A stretch of 63,995 nucleotides of DNA, the filler included, from Octopus bimaculoides (lineage: Eukaryota), in the NCBI RefSeq assembly GCF_001194135.2. It is 6 parts of 5 records of this genome, joined end to end, with 100 filler letters (N's around TTAATTAATTAA, not from the genome) between each part and the next. Parts side by side here need not be neighbours in the genome. Positions count along the whole stretch, not along the records: positions 37,641 to 51,506 come from NC_069010.1; positions 51,607 to 59,213 come from NC_068996.1; positions 59,314 to 62,852 come from NW_026352666.1; 3 more parts are not named here. One strand, given 5' to 3'. This document shows, piece after piece, positions 50,230 through 62,952 of the stretch. The notes under the pieces are model-generated. The model saw only the letters and a list, made by a program, of their open reading frames with translations. It had not been told where the DNA came from and made no database searches. The position numbers and the translations under genes are program-made. Each line of letters starts with the position of its first letter. The stretch's first letter is position 1.

Positions 50230-51310
50230 TATTGTTGTATTTGGGGATGGCCATGTTGGCAGTTTAGCCAATAAATAAAAACACATGCACTATATATTTG
50301 GTGTTAATTTGCTTCAGCTTTATTTTATTTTTACATTAATCGTATTTTGGCCAGAGTTCTTTCGTCATACTTCTGTGACCTCATCAATGGTTCTTTGCTT
50401 TCTTCTTTTTTGTGTGTCTTTCCTTACTAACGATCAGCCATTTTGTATTTTGTATTCTTATTGTAGATGTCTTTATTTGCTCATGCGTGTACCCCTATGT
50501 GTGTCTATGTTTAGTAAGTGCGTTTGTGTGTAGGGGAGTGCCTGTATTATCTGTACCCCTTGTTTATACACGTTCGTTTAATTTGTTTTCATTTATTTGT
50601 TCATATGTTTATACCTTCTTATTATTTTTTTCTATTTTTTTGTATTTAATTTAATTTATTTTTGTTAACGTATGTAGTTGTTTAATTCCATTTGTTTATC
50701 TGTGTATTGTATTATACTTTGTTCATATTGTACCTTGCTTTACCATTAACAAACGTTAATATCAGTTCAATAATATAATATAATATATCACTAGGCTACG
50801 ATGTCTCATTTATTTTTATTCACTTTCTTCACTACATATAAATATGTTATTAGTTTCCCTTATATGATGTACTCCCTTAGTTCTCTCCTTTCCTCCTTTT
50901 TTGACTCAGCAATTAGCTCACGCTCTTTCAAATTTAACAGAACTACAACATATTTGTCTTTCTCCCCGTATTTAAATAACTCTCTCAGATTATCCTTTAG
51001 CATCACGTTTACAAACCCCTCTTTTTATATCTCTATGTAAACAAGCGTTCTTATTCCTAAAGCCCATGGAATAATATCATTGACCCCTTTATATCCCTAT
51101 GTAAACAAACCTTCTAACGGTCACTGACAATGTAACAACTAAGCTCGTAAGTTACCTCATCATTTCGTTTTTGTCTTGCTATTATATGTTTTATTATGAA
51201 CTCCCTGAAGAGAAATATATGAGGAATCCCAGCAGCTCTTATTTCCTTGTGAAAGTGCTCTCATTTATTTTGAAACATGTGTAAGAATTAAAGAAACATT
51301 TATTTATATA
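50230..51310 (+). mobile_element. Penelope-like element 3' end / pseudo-LTR region
   Basis: Decayed GIY-YIG C-terminus-like stretch (~50900-51020); hammerhead-like core at 51205-51283; 50230-50390 resembles 56950-57080. Confidence 0.5.
51197..51291 (+). ncRNA. Hammerhead-ribozyme-like fold (type I, probably degenerate)
   Basis: CTGAAGA (51205), stem II 11 of 12 bp, GAAA (51272), C-atgt-G, GTA triplet; stem I only 5 of 8. Confidence 0.45.
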
Positions 51311-51506
51311 CGTTTTGCTCCATTTATTATTATTATCCATATCTTCTCAAAATGTATCACTTTAACTTGGTAACTCTACCTGTAAAACGGGTGTGATATC
51401 TTGTTTTTTAGTGTAATTTTGCTACCTCTGGTAACTATCAACATATTTACATTATCAAAGGTTATAATAACTGAGATAATACTTATATATACATAAACTA
51501 ATATTT

Positions 51507-51606
51507 NNNNNNNNNNNNNNNNNNNNNNNNNNNNNNNNNNNNNNNNNNNNTTAATTAATTAANNNNNNNNNNNNNNNNNNNNNNNNNNNNNNNNNNNNNN
51601 NNNNNN
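51507..51606. other. Artificial 100-bp scaffold linker
   Basis: N44-TTAATTAATTAA (51551-51562)-N44. Confidence 0.95.
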
Positions 51607-51639
51607 TATATATATATATATATATATGTATGTATATGG

Positions 51640-51817
51640 ATATGTTTGTGTGTCTGTGTTTGTCCCCCAACATCGCTTGACACCCGATGTTGGTGTGTTT
51701 GCATCCCCGTAATTTAGCAGTTCGGCAAAAGAACCGATAGAATAAGTACTAGGCTTACAAATAATAAGTCCTAGGGTCGATTTGTTCGACTAAAGGCGGT
51801 GCTGCAGCATGGCCGCA
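51640..51817 (+). mobile_element. Family B SINE 3' half
   Basis: Close match to 12570-12745. Confidence 0.85.
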
Positions 51818-52043
51818 GCATACATACATACACATGTACGCACATTACTGGATGGCCATTGACTGTTCTTCCATCTTTTGACAGGCCTTATTTTTCGTCC
51901 TGCAGGGTGTCCAACAATCACCCTCCTCACTAAGCAAGCTTGATTGGGTTGCTAATGATCACGACCCGATCATGTGACAGTTCGTACTGGGTTACATGTT
52001 ACCAGTAGCGCCCAAGAGCGACCTACATACATGCATACATACA

Positions 52044-52075
<32 letters not shown>

Positions 52076-52407
52076 CAGACACATACACATACGTATGTAT
52101 ATATGTATATATATGTATATCTCTATATATAAATACACACACACACACACATATATATATATACACACATACATACACACGCACACACACACATACGCAC
52201 ATACTTACATATATAACATGAGAGAACAAAAATATATGCTCAGAATTTGAATATTATATTTTCTCGTTTTGCTTGAAGCTAATTTTGCTAAAATATCAAT
52301 GAGCTTTGTTAGTGACTGATTGGTCGTCATCTCTTTCAATTTACTCACGTGATAGCTCCTACTTGATCAGCTTTAAAACTATTACTCTGGATAGTTACTA
52401 TTACTGT

Positions 52408-52780
52408 GGATGCGCAATGGCCCAGTGGTTAGGGCAGCGGATTCGCGGTTTCGATTCCCAGACCGGGCGTTGTGAGTGTTTATTGAGCGAAAACACCTAA
52501 AAAGTTCCACGAGGCTCCGGCAGGGGATGGTGGCGAACCCTGCTGTACTCTTCCACCATAACTTTCTCTCACTCTTTCTTTCTGTTTCTGTTGTACCTGT
52601 AATTCAAAGGGTCAGCCTTGTCACTCTGTGTCACGCTGAATATCCCCGAGAACTACGTTAAGGGTACACGTGTCTGTGGAGTGCTGAGCCACTTGCACGT
52701 TGATTCCACGAGCAGGCTGTTCCGTTGATCGGATCAACTGGAACCCTCAACGTCGTAAGCGACGGAGTGCCGACACACAA
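52408..52780 (+). mobile_element. tRNA-derived SINE (family E)
   Basis: A box tggcccagtggttag, B box ggtttcgattccc; 3' body shared with 10470-10660. Confidence 0.8.
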
Positions 52781-53530
52781 CACTCTGGATCACTTTCATT
52801 TCTGTTTTTTTTTTTCTGGCATTTGCTCTTTCTACTGTTTAAGATCGTCCTGCTTAAACACTCCATTCAATGCAATCATGCATGATTCAGTCAGTAAAAG
52901 AATTATACAGTTTATGTGGTAGAATGTATGTGTTCGTGTATTTGTGTTTATGTTTCCATGTGCGTATGTGCATGTGTGTAAGTGCGTGTGTACGTAGACA
53001 TGCACGCATTTATATAGAGTTATACACTTACAAACATACAAGTATCATACACACACACACACACACACACTCGCATACATATATATGACCAAGCAAATTG
53101 ATGAAAATATATTCTCTTACGCCTACAAATTGCAGCCTGCCCACAAACTGGCAAAAAATGCGTTTTCGATTTTGTTTATATACGTATATATATATATATA
53201 TATATATAAACATACATATACATATACATACATATAAAACAAGCACTACAGACATTACGCGCGCGTGTGTGTGTATATATATATAGATATATATGCACAT
53301 TATATATATATACACACACATGCACATTATATATATATATATAATTGAAAAGCTGGAGTCAACAAGAAGGGATACGACTGGACATTTATTTTTTGACTCC
53401 AAATTTTTTCAATTATCTATTCACACACGACAGAGGTCCAAACTTAAGCCTCGAAGAGAAGTACCTATAATACTACTATTAGGTAGCACAGGGTAAATCT
53501 GAAGGTGGACGAGCTCTATACTGTACTCTA

Positions 53531-53575
<45 letters not shown>

Positions 53576-54435
53576 NNNNNNNNNNNNNNNNNNNNNNNNN
53601 NNNNNNNNNNNNNNNNNNNNNNNNNNNNNNNNNNNNNNNNATATATATATATATATATATACCGGGGCCATCATGGCTACCGAATAAGTGTCACATATTT
53701 TTACAGATAAAATCCTCTATTTACATAATATCGAGGTGTCTTTCTTTCTTTTGTTGTATATATATATATATATAATGTGTTGAATTGGGAATGCTACGGA
53801 GACTGGTGAAATCTCCCAGACTGCTTATAGATTAACTTGTTCGAATCGTGGATCTGTTTTGTACTGGTAAGAGGCAGGCAAAGTAATTCCACGGGGAACC
53901 TCATGATGAGCTTGTGACAAGCAGTGTTTAGGAATCCGTGACATGACCTTCAGTTGACAACTCTGCGGTTTTCAAAAATATGAATGATTAATTGGATTAG
54001 GATATTTGAGACTAAACAGAAAAATAAAATGTCAGGATGGTCACGGCCGGAGTTTCTTTGTTCATAGAATGGATCTGTCATAATCTTGTTCGGCTTGTTA
54101 AGAATTGTAGTAAAATTTCCATCATCACATCTTTCCGCCATCCTACCGTAAAAACAAAACGGTACTTTTTCCTTTATTCTTTTCCATACAAGGGCATTGC
54201 CTTCAATGGCTTACTCGATCATGTCTATCACTGTGGCTATTTTAAATTCTAATACTTATTTAATCCATTCTGTTTGATGGACCGCTGTGTTGCTTGACAC
54301 GAACATACAAACGTAAACATGGATTTATGCAGAAAGATGCGTACGCAGACGCACCCCTCCATTTGCGCACACACATGCGTGTGGGCACGCACACAAACAT
54401 GCGTGTGGGCACGCAGACACACATGAATGTAGACG

Positions 54436-54655
54436 AGGCGGCGAGCTGGCAGAAACGTTAGCACGCCGGGCGAAATGCTTAGCGGTATTACGTTCTGAGT
54501 TCAAATTCCGCCGAGGTCGACTTTGCCTTTCATCCTTTCGGGGTCGATTAAATAAGTACCAGTTACGCACTGGGGTCGATATAATCGACTTAATCCGTTT
54601 GTCTGTCTCTGTTTGTCCCCTCTGTGTGTAGCCCCTTGTGGGTAGTAAAGAAATA
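54436..54655 (+). mobile_element. Young full-length family A SINE with perfect 17-bp TSD
   Basis: acacatgaatgtagacg at 54419-54435 and 54656-54672; CpGs intact. Confidence 0.93.
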
Positions 54656-56132
54656 ACACATGAATGTAGACGGTCCATATCTACAGAATCTCTTTCAAAG
54701 CCATAGTAGAAGACACTGGCTGAAGGTGCCACGCAATAGGAGAGAATGAAAGCGAAATCGCGTAGATGCAAAGTGAAGTTGCATAGTACGCAAAACATGC
54801 CCTACGTCTGTTCATGTTTGAAATACCATTTGATCATAAGAGGTCTGATCAGTCGCAGCTGACCTGTGGCTAAACAACAGCTGTAGTAACAGCAGCAATA
54901 AGAAGGATCACAACATCAACATCGCCTACGAGAATAACGACACCAAACAATAATATAACATGTCGACTATATGGGAGAGAAACTTAAGTAAGGGACTGAC
55001 GGGATTTTTTCCCCTGATATTTAAGACTGTCGGATAATAAATGCAAAACTAATAACAGCAACATCAAACAGTTACAGTAACAATCACAGCAACTAAAAAC
55101 AAAGACAATGGGATCCGCGGTGGTAGATTCGATGGATAGGTAGAGGAGAGTGGCGGTGAGAAAAACGGAAACAGGAACGAAAAGGGTGGTGGTTTCAACC
55201 ACCGACTGACAGAAGTAAGTCGAGGCCATATAGGGTAAAGGAGAGGCGAAAGGCCAACGTTAACGACTAAGAGGTAAAATAAAGGGGAAAAAAGAAATAT
55301 GCAACAATATCACGGGGGATGGAGATTGTGATGATGATTGTTGTGGTGGTAGTGGTTGTAGTAATAGCATTAACTGCGGTGTTAAACGCTTTCAATGGAG
55401 GTGGAGACGGTTATGGTCGTAGGGGTTTGAGTTGACGGCGGTGGTGATGGTGGTGGTGGTGATGGTTGTGGTTGTGGTGGTGGTGGTAGTAGTAGTAGTA
55501 GTAGTAATAGTAGTGGTGATGGTGGTGGTTGTTGCAGTCGTGGTAATAGAGATGTGTCTCGGGCCATAAAAGGTGTACGGTGTAGAGGACATATATACGT
55601 ATACGTATATATGTGTGTATGTGTGTGTGTGCTTGTGTGTGTGTGTGTGCGTGTGCCCCCACCCCGCGCGCGCGTGTGTATGTACATATATATGTGTGTG
55701 TATGCAAATATATATATATATATGTATCCATACACATATGTGCTTATATACACATATTTTTTACACACAAACACACACACATATATATACACAGATACAT
55801 ACAATGTATNNNNNNNNNNNNNNNNNNNNNNNNNNNNNNNNNNNNNNNNNNNNNNNNNNNNNNNNNNNNNNNNNNNNNNNNNNNNNNNNNNNNNNNNNNN
55901 NNNNNNNNNNNNNNNNNNNNNNNNNNNNNNNNNNNNNNNNNNNNNNNNNNNNNNNNNNNNNNNNNNNNNNNNNNNNNNNNNNNNNNNNNNNNNNNNNNNN
56001 NNNNNNNNNNNNNNNNNNNNNNNNNNNNNNNNNNNNNNNNNNNNNNNNNNNNNNNNNNNNNNNNNNNNNNNNNNNNNNNNNNNNNNNNNNNNNNNNNNNN
56101 NNNNNNNNNNNNNNNNNNNNNNNNNNNNNNNN

Positions 56133-56186
<54 letters not shown>

Positions 56187-56763
56187 GTATGTATATATAT
56201 GTATATATATATGGCTTCTGACTATCTATCCGAAGATAGATAGTTATGTAGATCGATAGATAGACAGACATACAGACAGATAGATAGATAGATAGACAGA
56301 TACATACATGCATGCATACATACATGCATACATACAAGCATACATACATGCATACATATACATACATACATACATGCATACACATACATACATACATACA
56401 TACATACATACATACATAGACTTTCGTTATGCTTTGTTGGGCGAAGACGAGAACACGAGAGCAGGGTACAAGGAAGTCAGAGAGGAACTTGAAACAGAGA
56501 TGAAAGAACAGGAATGAGAAACAAATTAAACGACGAGGATAAAAGATAAATTGATGAACAGACAAGCAAGTACAAGGGCATTGTCTCATTGTCTGTATGC
56601 CTGCATGCCTCCTTGCACGTCTGTCAATGTGTAGGACATGGCAATGCATCTGTCTGCCTAGCTAATAATTCTCATTCTGTCTCTAAGCCATTCTATGCCT
56701 AAGACACGCCATCCCTTTATCTCTCAGATCTCCTCACGCTGTTTCTGTCTGTCCCTTTCCGTC

Positions 56764-56807
<44 letters not shown>

Positions 56808-57970
56808 NNNNNNNNNNACACACATACACACACACTCTCTCTCTTTCTCTCTCATTTATGAATATATGTATATACATGTGTCTATACGTTTATACATTTG
56901 TTTTTGCAGGATTCCTGGTGTGAAATCGTGTGTTGAAACGAATATTGATATATTTGGGGACGGTCGTTTTGCCAATTAACCCCATGCACTATATATTTGT
57001 TCTTCACTTCAGCTTTATAATTATTGTTCTTATTTTAGTGTCCTTTCTCTGAAATCTTTCGTCACATCCTATGACCTCTTCGAGCCCACCAAAACCTTCT
57101 CAATGTATTTTGTAGTTAGATACTAAAAGAAGCCCGACGTCTTTATGTATGTATATTATATATANNNNNNNNNNNNNNNNNNNNNNNNNNNNNNNNNNNN
57201 NNNNNNNNNNNNNNNNNNNNNNNNNNNNNNNNNNNNNNNNNNNNNNNNNNNNNNNNNNNNNNNNNNNNNNNNNNNNNNNNNNNNNNNNNNNNNNNNNNNN
57301 NNNNNNNNNNNNNNNNNNNNNNNNNNNNNNNNNNNNNNNNNNNNNNNNNNNNNNNNNNNNNNNNNNNNNNNNNNNNNNNNNNNNNNNNNNNNNNNNNNNN
57401 NNNNNNNNNNNNNNNNNNNNNNNNNNNNNNNNNNNNNNNNNNNNNNNNNNNNNNNNNNNNNNNNNNNNNNNNNNNNNNNNNNNNNNNNNNNNNNNNNNNN
57501 NNNNNNNNNNNNNNNNNNNNNNNNNNNNNNNNNNNNNNNNNNNNNNNNNNNNNNNNNNNNNNNNNNNNNNNNNNNNNNNNNNNNNNNNNNNNNNNNNNNN
57601 NNNNNNNNNNNNNNNNNNNNNNNNNNNNNNNNNNNNNNNNNNNNNNNNNNNNNNNNNNNNNNNNNNNNNNNNNNNNNNNNNNNNNNNNNNNNNNNNNNNN
57701 NNNNNNNNNNNNNNNNNNNNNNNNNNNNNNNNNNNNNNNNNNNNNNNNNNNNNNNNNNNNNNNNNNNNNNNNNNNNNNNNNNNNNNNNNNNNNNNNNNNN
57801 NNNNNNNNNNNNNNNNNNNNNNNNNNNNNNNNNNNNNNNNNNNNNNNNNNNNNNNNNNNNNNNNNNNNNNNNNNNNNNNNNNNNNNNNNNNNNNNNNNNN
57901 NNNNNNNNNNNNNNNNNNNNNNNNNNNNNNNNNNNNNNNNNNNNNNNNNNNNNNNNNNNNNNNNNNNNAA

Positions 57971-58019
<49 letters not shown>

Positions 58020-58479
58020 ATGTTGGGCTACTTAACTCTACACTTTTTTTCCCATTCTCTCCCCTTTTTTGTCCTCTTCATCCTTTATGTCGAAGATCGT
58101 AGGCTCGAAACGTAAAAGCATTTCCACTTCTTCCGAGTGTCAAACTAATACACTACCTTATTGTTCCTACGCTTGTCTTTATTTATTTATTTTTTTTACA
58201 AATTTGAATTATATATCTGTGTATGTGTGAGTATGTGTACTCACGTAAATGCGCACACGTAAATATGTGTAGTAGTTATACCGATATTTTGTGTGTGGCA
58301 TAAACTTTATATAGGCATACAATTTGCCTAATCCTCCTTTACCCGTCACGTTTTTCTTACTAACTTGGATTCATATCTTCATTGGTTTTAGTAATATTGT
58401 AAGTCTGAAAAAAAAAAAAAATCATGCATCCTCACTACTTTTACTCCCTTGAATTAATAATAATAATAATAATAATAAT

Positions 58480-58682
58480 GATCCTTACTACTAAAGACAC
58501 AAAGCCTGAAATTTTGCAGGAGGGGACAAGTCGATTAGAACGACCCCAGTGTTTCACTGGTACTTATTTCCCCGACTCCGAAAAGATGTAGGGCAAGGTC
58601 GACTTCGGCAGAATTTGAACATAGAACGTAACGATAAACGAAATGCTGCTAACCCGGCGTGCTAGCGATTCCACCAGCTCGA
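58480..58682 (-). mobile_element. Family A SINE flanked by (AAT)n on both sides
   Basis: Reverse complement gagctggtggaatcgctagcacgccggg..gttcaaattctgccgaagtcgac. Confidence 0.85.
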
Positions 58683-58760
<78 letters not shown>

Positions 58761-58784
58761 GTAATAATAAAAATAATAATAATA

Positions 58785-58861
<77 letters not shown>
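58683..58861. repeat. Long (AAT)n microsatellite
   Basis: Direct reading. Confidence 0.98.
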
Positions 58862-58862
<1 letters not shown>

Positions 58863-59213
58863 GTGCTCTGATGCAGTACCAAGCAGTGGCTCTCATGGTT
58901 TCTAATCTTAATTGATTGGAAGTGTTATCCTGTACATTGTTTTGTCTTGGTGTAAAAGATGGGGTACAGCAAATATTCTGCTCCATACCACAGATTTGCT
59001 TGTCAGTTGTTTGACCTTAACCAGTTGAGCATGTCCCTCGGTGGCTGACGATATGTGCATCTCTGATCACGAGCAGAAGTAGTGGGGGAGCATCATAGTC
59101 ATGTGTTGAGAGGAATTCTTTGGGATTTAAATAATTCACCTTTGGAAACATGGGTGTTTTGCTCAACATCCTTAAACAACCCAAATTCAGGGACCTTCTG
59201 AGCAGGATGGGCT
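58862..59213 (+). mobile_element. Family D repeat, truncated by the linker
   Basis: Reverse complement of 10010-10370. Confidence 0.75.
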
Positions 59214-59313
59214 NNNNNNNNNNNNNNNNNNNNNNNNNNNNNNNNNNNNNNNNNNNNTTAATTAATTAANNNNNNNNNNNNNNNNNNNNNNNNNNNNNNN
59301 NNNNNNNNNNNNN
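59214..59313. other. Artificial 100-bp scaffold linker
   Basis: N44-TTAATTAATTAA (59258-59269)-N44. Confidence 0.95.
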
Positions 59314-59345
<32 letters not shown>

Positions 59346-61244
59346 AACACATATACATACATATATATAAAAAAAAATATATATACACTCGCATGTATAT
59401 ACATATATATACACACAACATACACACATATATACACAGAAACACACGTATATACATATACATACATGTACACAAATACACTCATTTATATATATAAAAA
59501 TATATACACACTATTTAACACTCACACATATAAATATATAAAGAAGGAATAGTATAAACAAAAATGTGGGAGTTAAGGCCCCTATTGGGGGTAGGTGTGT
59601 TAATGTCAACCAGAGAAGTTGAATTGTCGAGAATCTCTTTAACTTGTGTGTAATATGTATTATTTGAATTTCTTTGAAATAGGAAATATATGTATGTTCA
59701 CTGGGTTTGTAAAAGAGAGCAAAGCTACAGGAAACCAGAAGACGAATGATCACGATAATCTGTCAGCTACCCTAGCCTAGTTGTTACTTCTCCCCAATGT
59801 AGGATTCCTCACCATACAAGTGACAGGCACAGCTGTAAGATGCATTACGGATCTATAGTAATTGGAAGAGCATGACCCAATTGAAATAACAACNNNNNNN
59901 NNNGCACAGCTGTAAGATGCATTACGGATCTATAGTAATTGGAAGAGCATGACCCAATTGAAATAACAACGTGTGACGTTTGGAGTAAAGGGAAATGAAA
60001 GTGTCGCCACTGGAGTTTGCAAATGACCATTATACCGATAGGTAACTGTGCAGAAAAAATTTACAATCAATAAATGTCTTAGAACAACCAGTTACTCATC
60101 TGGGAAGGCCTTGAAATCAATGTTACTAACTGGGGACTATGTGTGTCCCAATGATAATAAAAAGCCTCAAAGGAGGTCTGCAACGAAATAATTTTAGTCA
60201 ACACTTTGCAAGTGAATCAGTGGAGGCAAAGATGCGTCTCATTTACTTGACAATTTATGCACCACATTGCAGAAAGGATAGTATATATATATAAAGTGTA
60301 GCAAAACGGCGGTGNNNNNNNNNNNNNNNNNNNNNNNNNNNNNNNNNNNNNNNNNNNNNNNNNNNNNNNNNNNNNNNNNNNNNNNNNNNNNNNNNNNNNN
60401 NNNNNNNNNNNNNNNNNNNNNNNNNNNNNNNNNNNNNNNNNNNNNNNNNNNNNNNNNNNNNNNNNNNNNNNNNNNNNNNNNNNNNNNNNNNNNNNNNNNN
60501 NNNNNNNNNNNNNNNNNNNNNNNNNNNNNNNNNNNNNNNNNNNNNNNNNNNNNNNNNNNNNNNNNNNNNNNNNNNNNNNNNNNNNNNNNNNNNNNNNNNN
60601 NNNNNNNNNNNNNNNNNNNNNNNNNNNNNNNNNNNNNNNNNNNNNNNNNNNNNNNNNNNNNNNNNNNNNNNNNNNNNNNNNNNNNNNNNNNNNNNNNNNN
60701 NNNNNNNNNNNNNNNNNNNNNNNNNNNNNNNNNNNNNNNNNNNNNNNNNNNNNNNNNNNNNNNNNNNNNNNAGAGAGAGAGAGAGAAAAAATACTGTGTT
60801 TCTGACAGGGGGGAGATAGAGTGTTTGCTAGCGCCTAACAAAAAAAAAAAAAGGAAAGAAAAGTGGAAGAGGGAAACAGAAAGAAAAAATGGGAGAGGAC
60901 AGTTTTTGAAAGACACTATATTTTATAATGAGATTATATATACTTTCTCATACAACAATTAAAATATATTTATTTTAAATCATTTATTTATTTTTAATTG
61001 TTCATCTTTCTCCCCCTCTCACTCTCACACACACGCACATATATTACTTTGGGAGCGAAAGAGTTTTGTTTATATTTCACAACAACAATGTAACAAAGAG
61101 GCGTATGTAACAATTTTTCAGTGAATTACACAATATAAATGGGTAAAATTTCCGAGGCTTCTACCCCAACCCGTTTTTCGAACCACAAAAAGGGTTTAGT
61201 AATTTTTCAGATTAACACCTGCACGATTTCCACTAGGGTGTTAT

Positions 61245-61422
61245 GGTTAGGGTTTTAGGGTTAGGGTTTTACGGTTAGGATTAGGGTTAGGGTTAAGGTT
61301 AGTGTTAGGGTTAGGGTTAGAATTAGGATTAGGGTTGGTGTTAGGGTTACGGTTTTAGGGTCAGGGTTAGGGTTTTAAGGTTAGGGTTTTAAGGTTAGGG
61401 TTTAGGGTTAGGGTTAGAGTTA
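61245..61422 (+). repeat. Degenerate interstitial (TTAGGG)n tract
   Basis: Many TTAGGG units with TTTTAGGG and TTAAGG variants. Confidence 0.9.
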
Positions 61423-62852
61423 ACCTACAAGGGACAGGCCCCTTATTTTTTGGTTAAGGCTGTTGGTAAGTTTTCCTAAGTTACTCCAATCCAGATCCCC
61501 AATGCAAACCTTCAGATCAACCTTCTCCTATGCAGATCTCTAATGCAACCTTAAAAAAAAAACAGTCAATGAGTGGAAATAACCAATAAACTGATTCCTT
61601 ATGGGATTTCTCAATCAAATTGCCAGCAAACCATTTTCAGCCAAACCAATTTCATCGGATTTCGCTCAAATCTGATGTCGATATTACTTATTTTGATTTG
61701 AAATAAAGCACTTGATCACTTAATAATCCTAGCTTAATCCCAAGCAGTGCCGGGATATACTGCTAGTTACAATTAAATTAAGTTTCACAGTATAAAATAT
61801 ATATAAATATATAGTTTTAGGGAAAAGAACCAAGGTTCATGAACTCATCGATGAAAATCCACTGTCACATATAGAAAAATTAATAATTAAAAGCACAATA
61901 AATAAGTATAATATAATACAAAGTAAATATCATAAGATAAAGATAATAAAATGACTACAGGTGTTTCAAAACTAATTTTCAAATAGAAAGAAAATTTAAA
62001 TCGATTAAATTTAAATCGATTAAAATCAATTAAATCGATTAAAATCAATTCTATTCAAAAATACAGCTAACCTTCAGGTCAAAATACAACAATGATAATA
62101 ATAAATGAATGTATATATCAACCAACAATGAATAACAAATGAATTTATATAAAATACTTATTATATAAAGATAGAAAAATATTATTACAAATATCAGAAT
62201 AATAAACATTCCATAATCAACCCTACATCCATTATAATATAAGCTAACAGGTATATAATATGCAAAAACCAACTTAAACAAATTTTTTCGTTTAAAATAA
62301 TAAAGATAATATTAGCACATATTTAAACGATGCAATAGTTTAAGCTAGACTATTTAAGACTAAAAACGTTTATTTATAAGAAGTCTAGTGAAAATATTTC
62401 GTAAAGTATAAGAATAAAAATATGAATGAAAACATTATTATGAATGAATGATTAAACTTTATATGACTTAAATCATAATATAGAAAAAAAAAACATTAAC
62501 AATATTGTATAAACAAAGAAATTAACATAAAAAGATTAAGTATTTATCACATAAAACAGTATTAATCGAAAATATTTCAACCCTAATCAAATTGAAGTCT
62601 TATTTGAGGTTAAAATGATACTCTTACTTCTAAATAATTTAGTGTTAAATAAGGTATGGACTAAAAATAATCTTTAAAAATCAATTGTATAATGTAAAAA
62701 TACAAGAATACATATTATTTTCAAACAATGATATAAAGTCATTAAACAAAGTAAAAACTATACTAATCAAAATGTTGTTGTAGTTCAAACTGAAACTTAA
62801 ATGTTAAACTCAGAACTAAAGGTTTATTAGAAATAAAAATATGAATGAAAAA

Positions 62853-62952
62853 NNNNNNNNNNNNNNNNNNNNNNNNNNNNNNNNNNNNNNNNNNNNTTAA
62901 TTAATTAANNNNNNNNNNNNNNNNNNNNNNNNNNNNNNNNNNNNNNNNNNNN
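62853..62952. other. Artificial 100-bp scaffold linker
   Basis: N44-TTAATTAATTAA (62897-62908)-N44. Confidence 0.95.

Noticed and set aside
56415-56517. Protein-like DFRYALLGEDENTRAGYKEVREELETEMKEQE*
   Set aside because: Preceded by (TACA)n rather than a pyrimidine tract; purine-rich DNA explains the composition; no family recognised
59827-59970. 67-bp direct repeat
   Set aside because: Same artefact: identical copies either side of a 10-N gap
61245-61422. True telomere or chromosome end
   Set aside because: Short, degenerate and flanked by non-telomeric sequence on both sides
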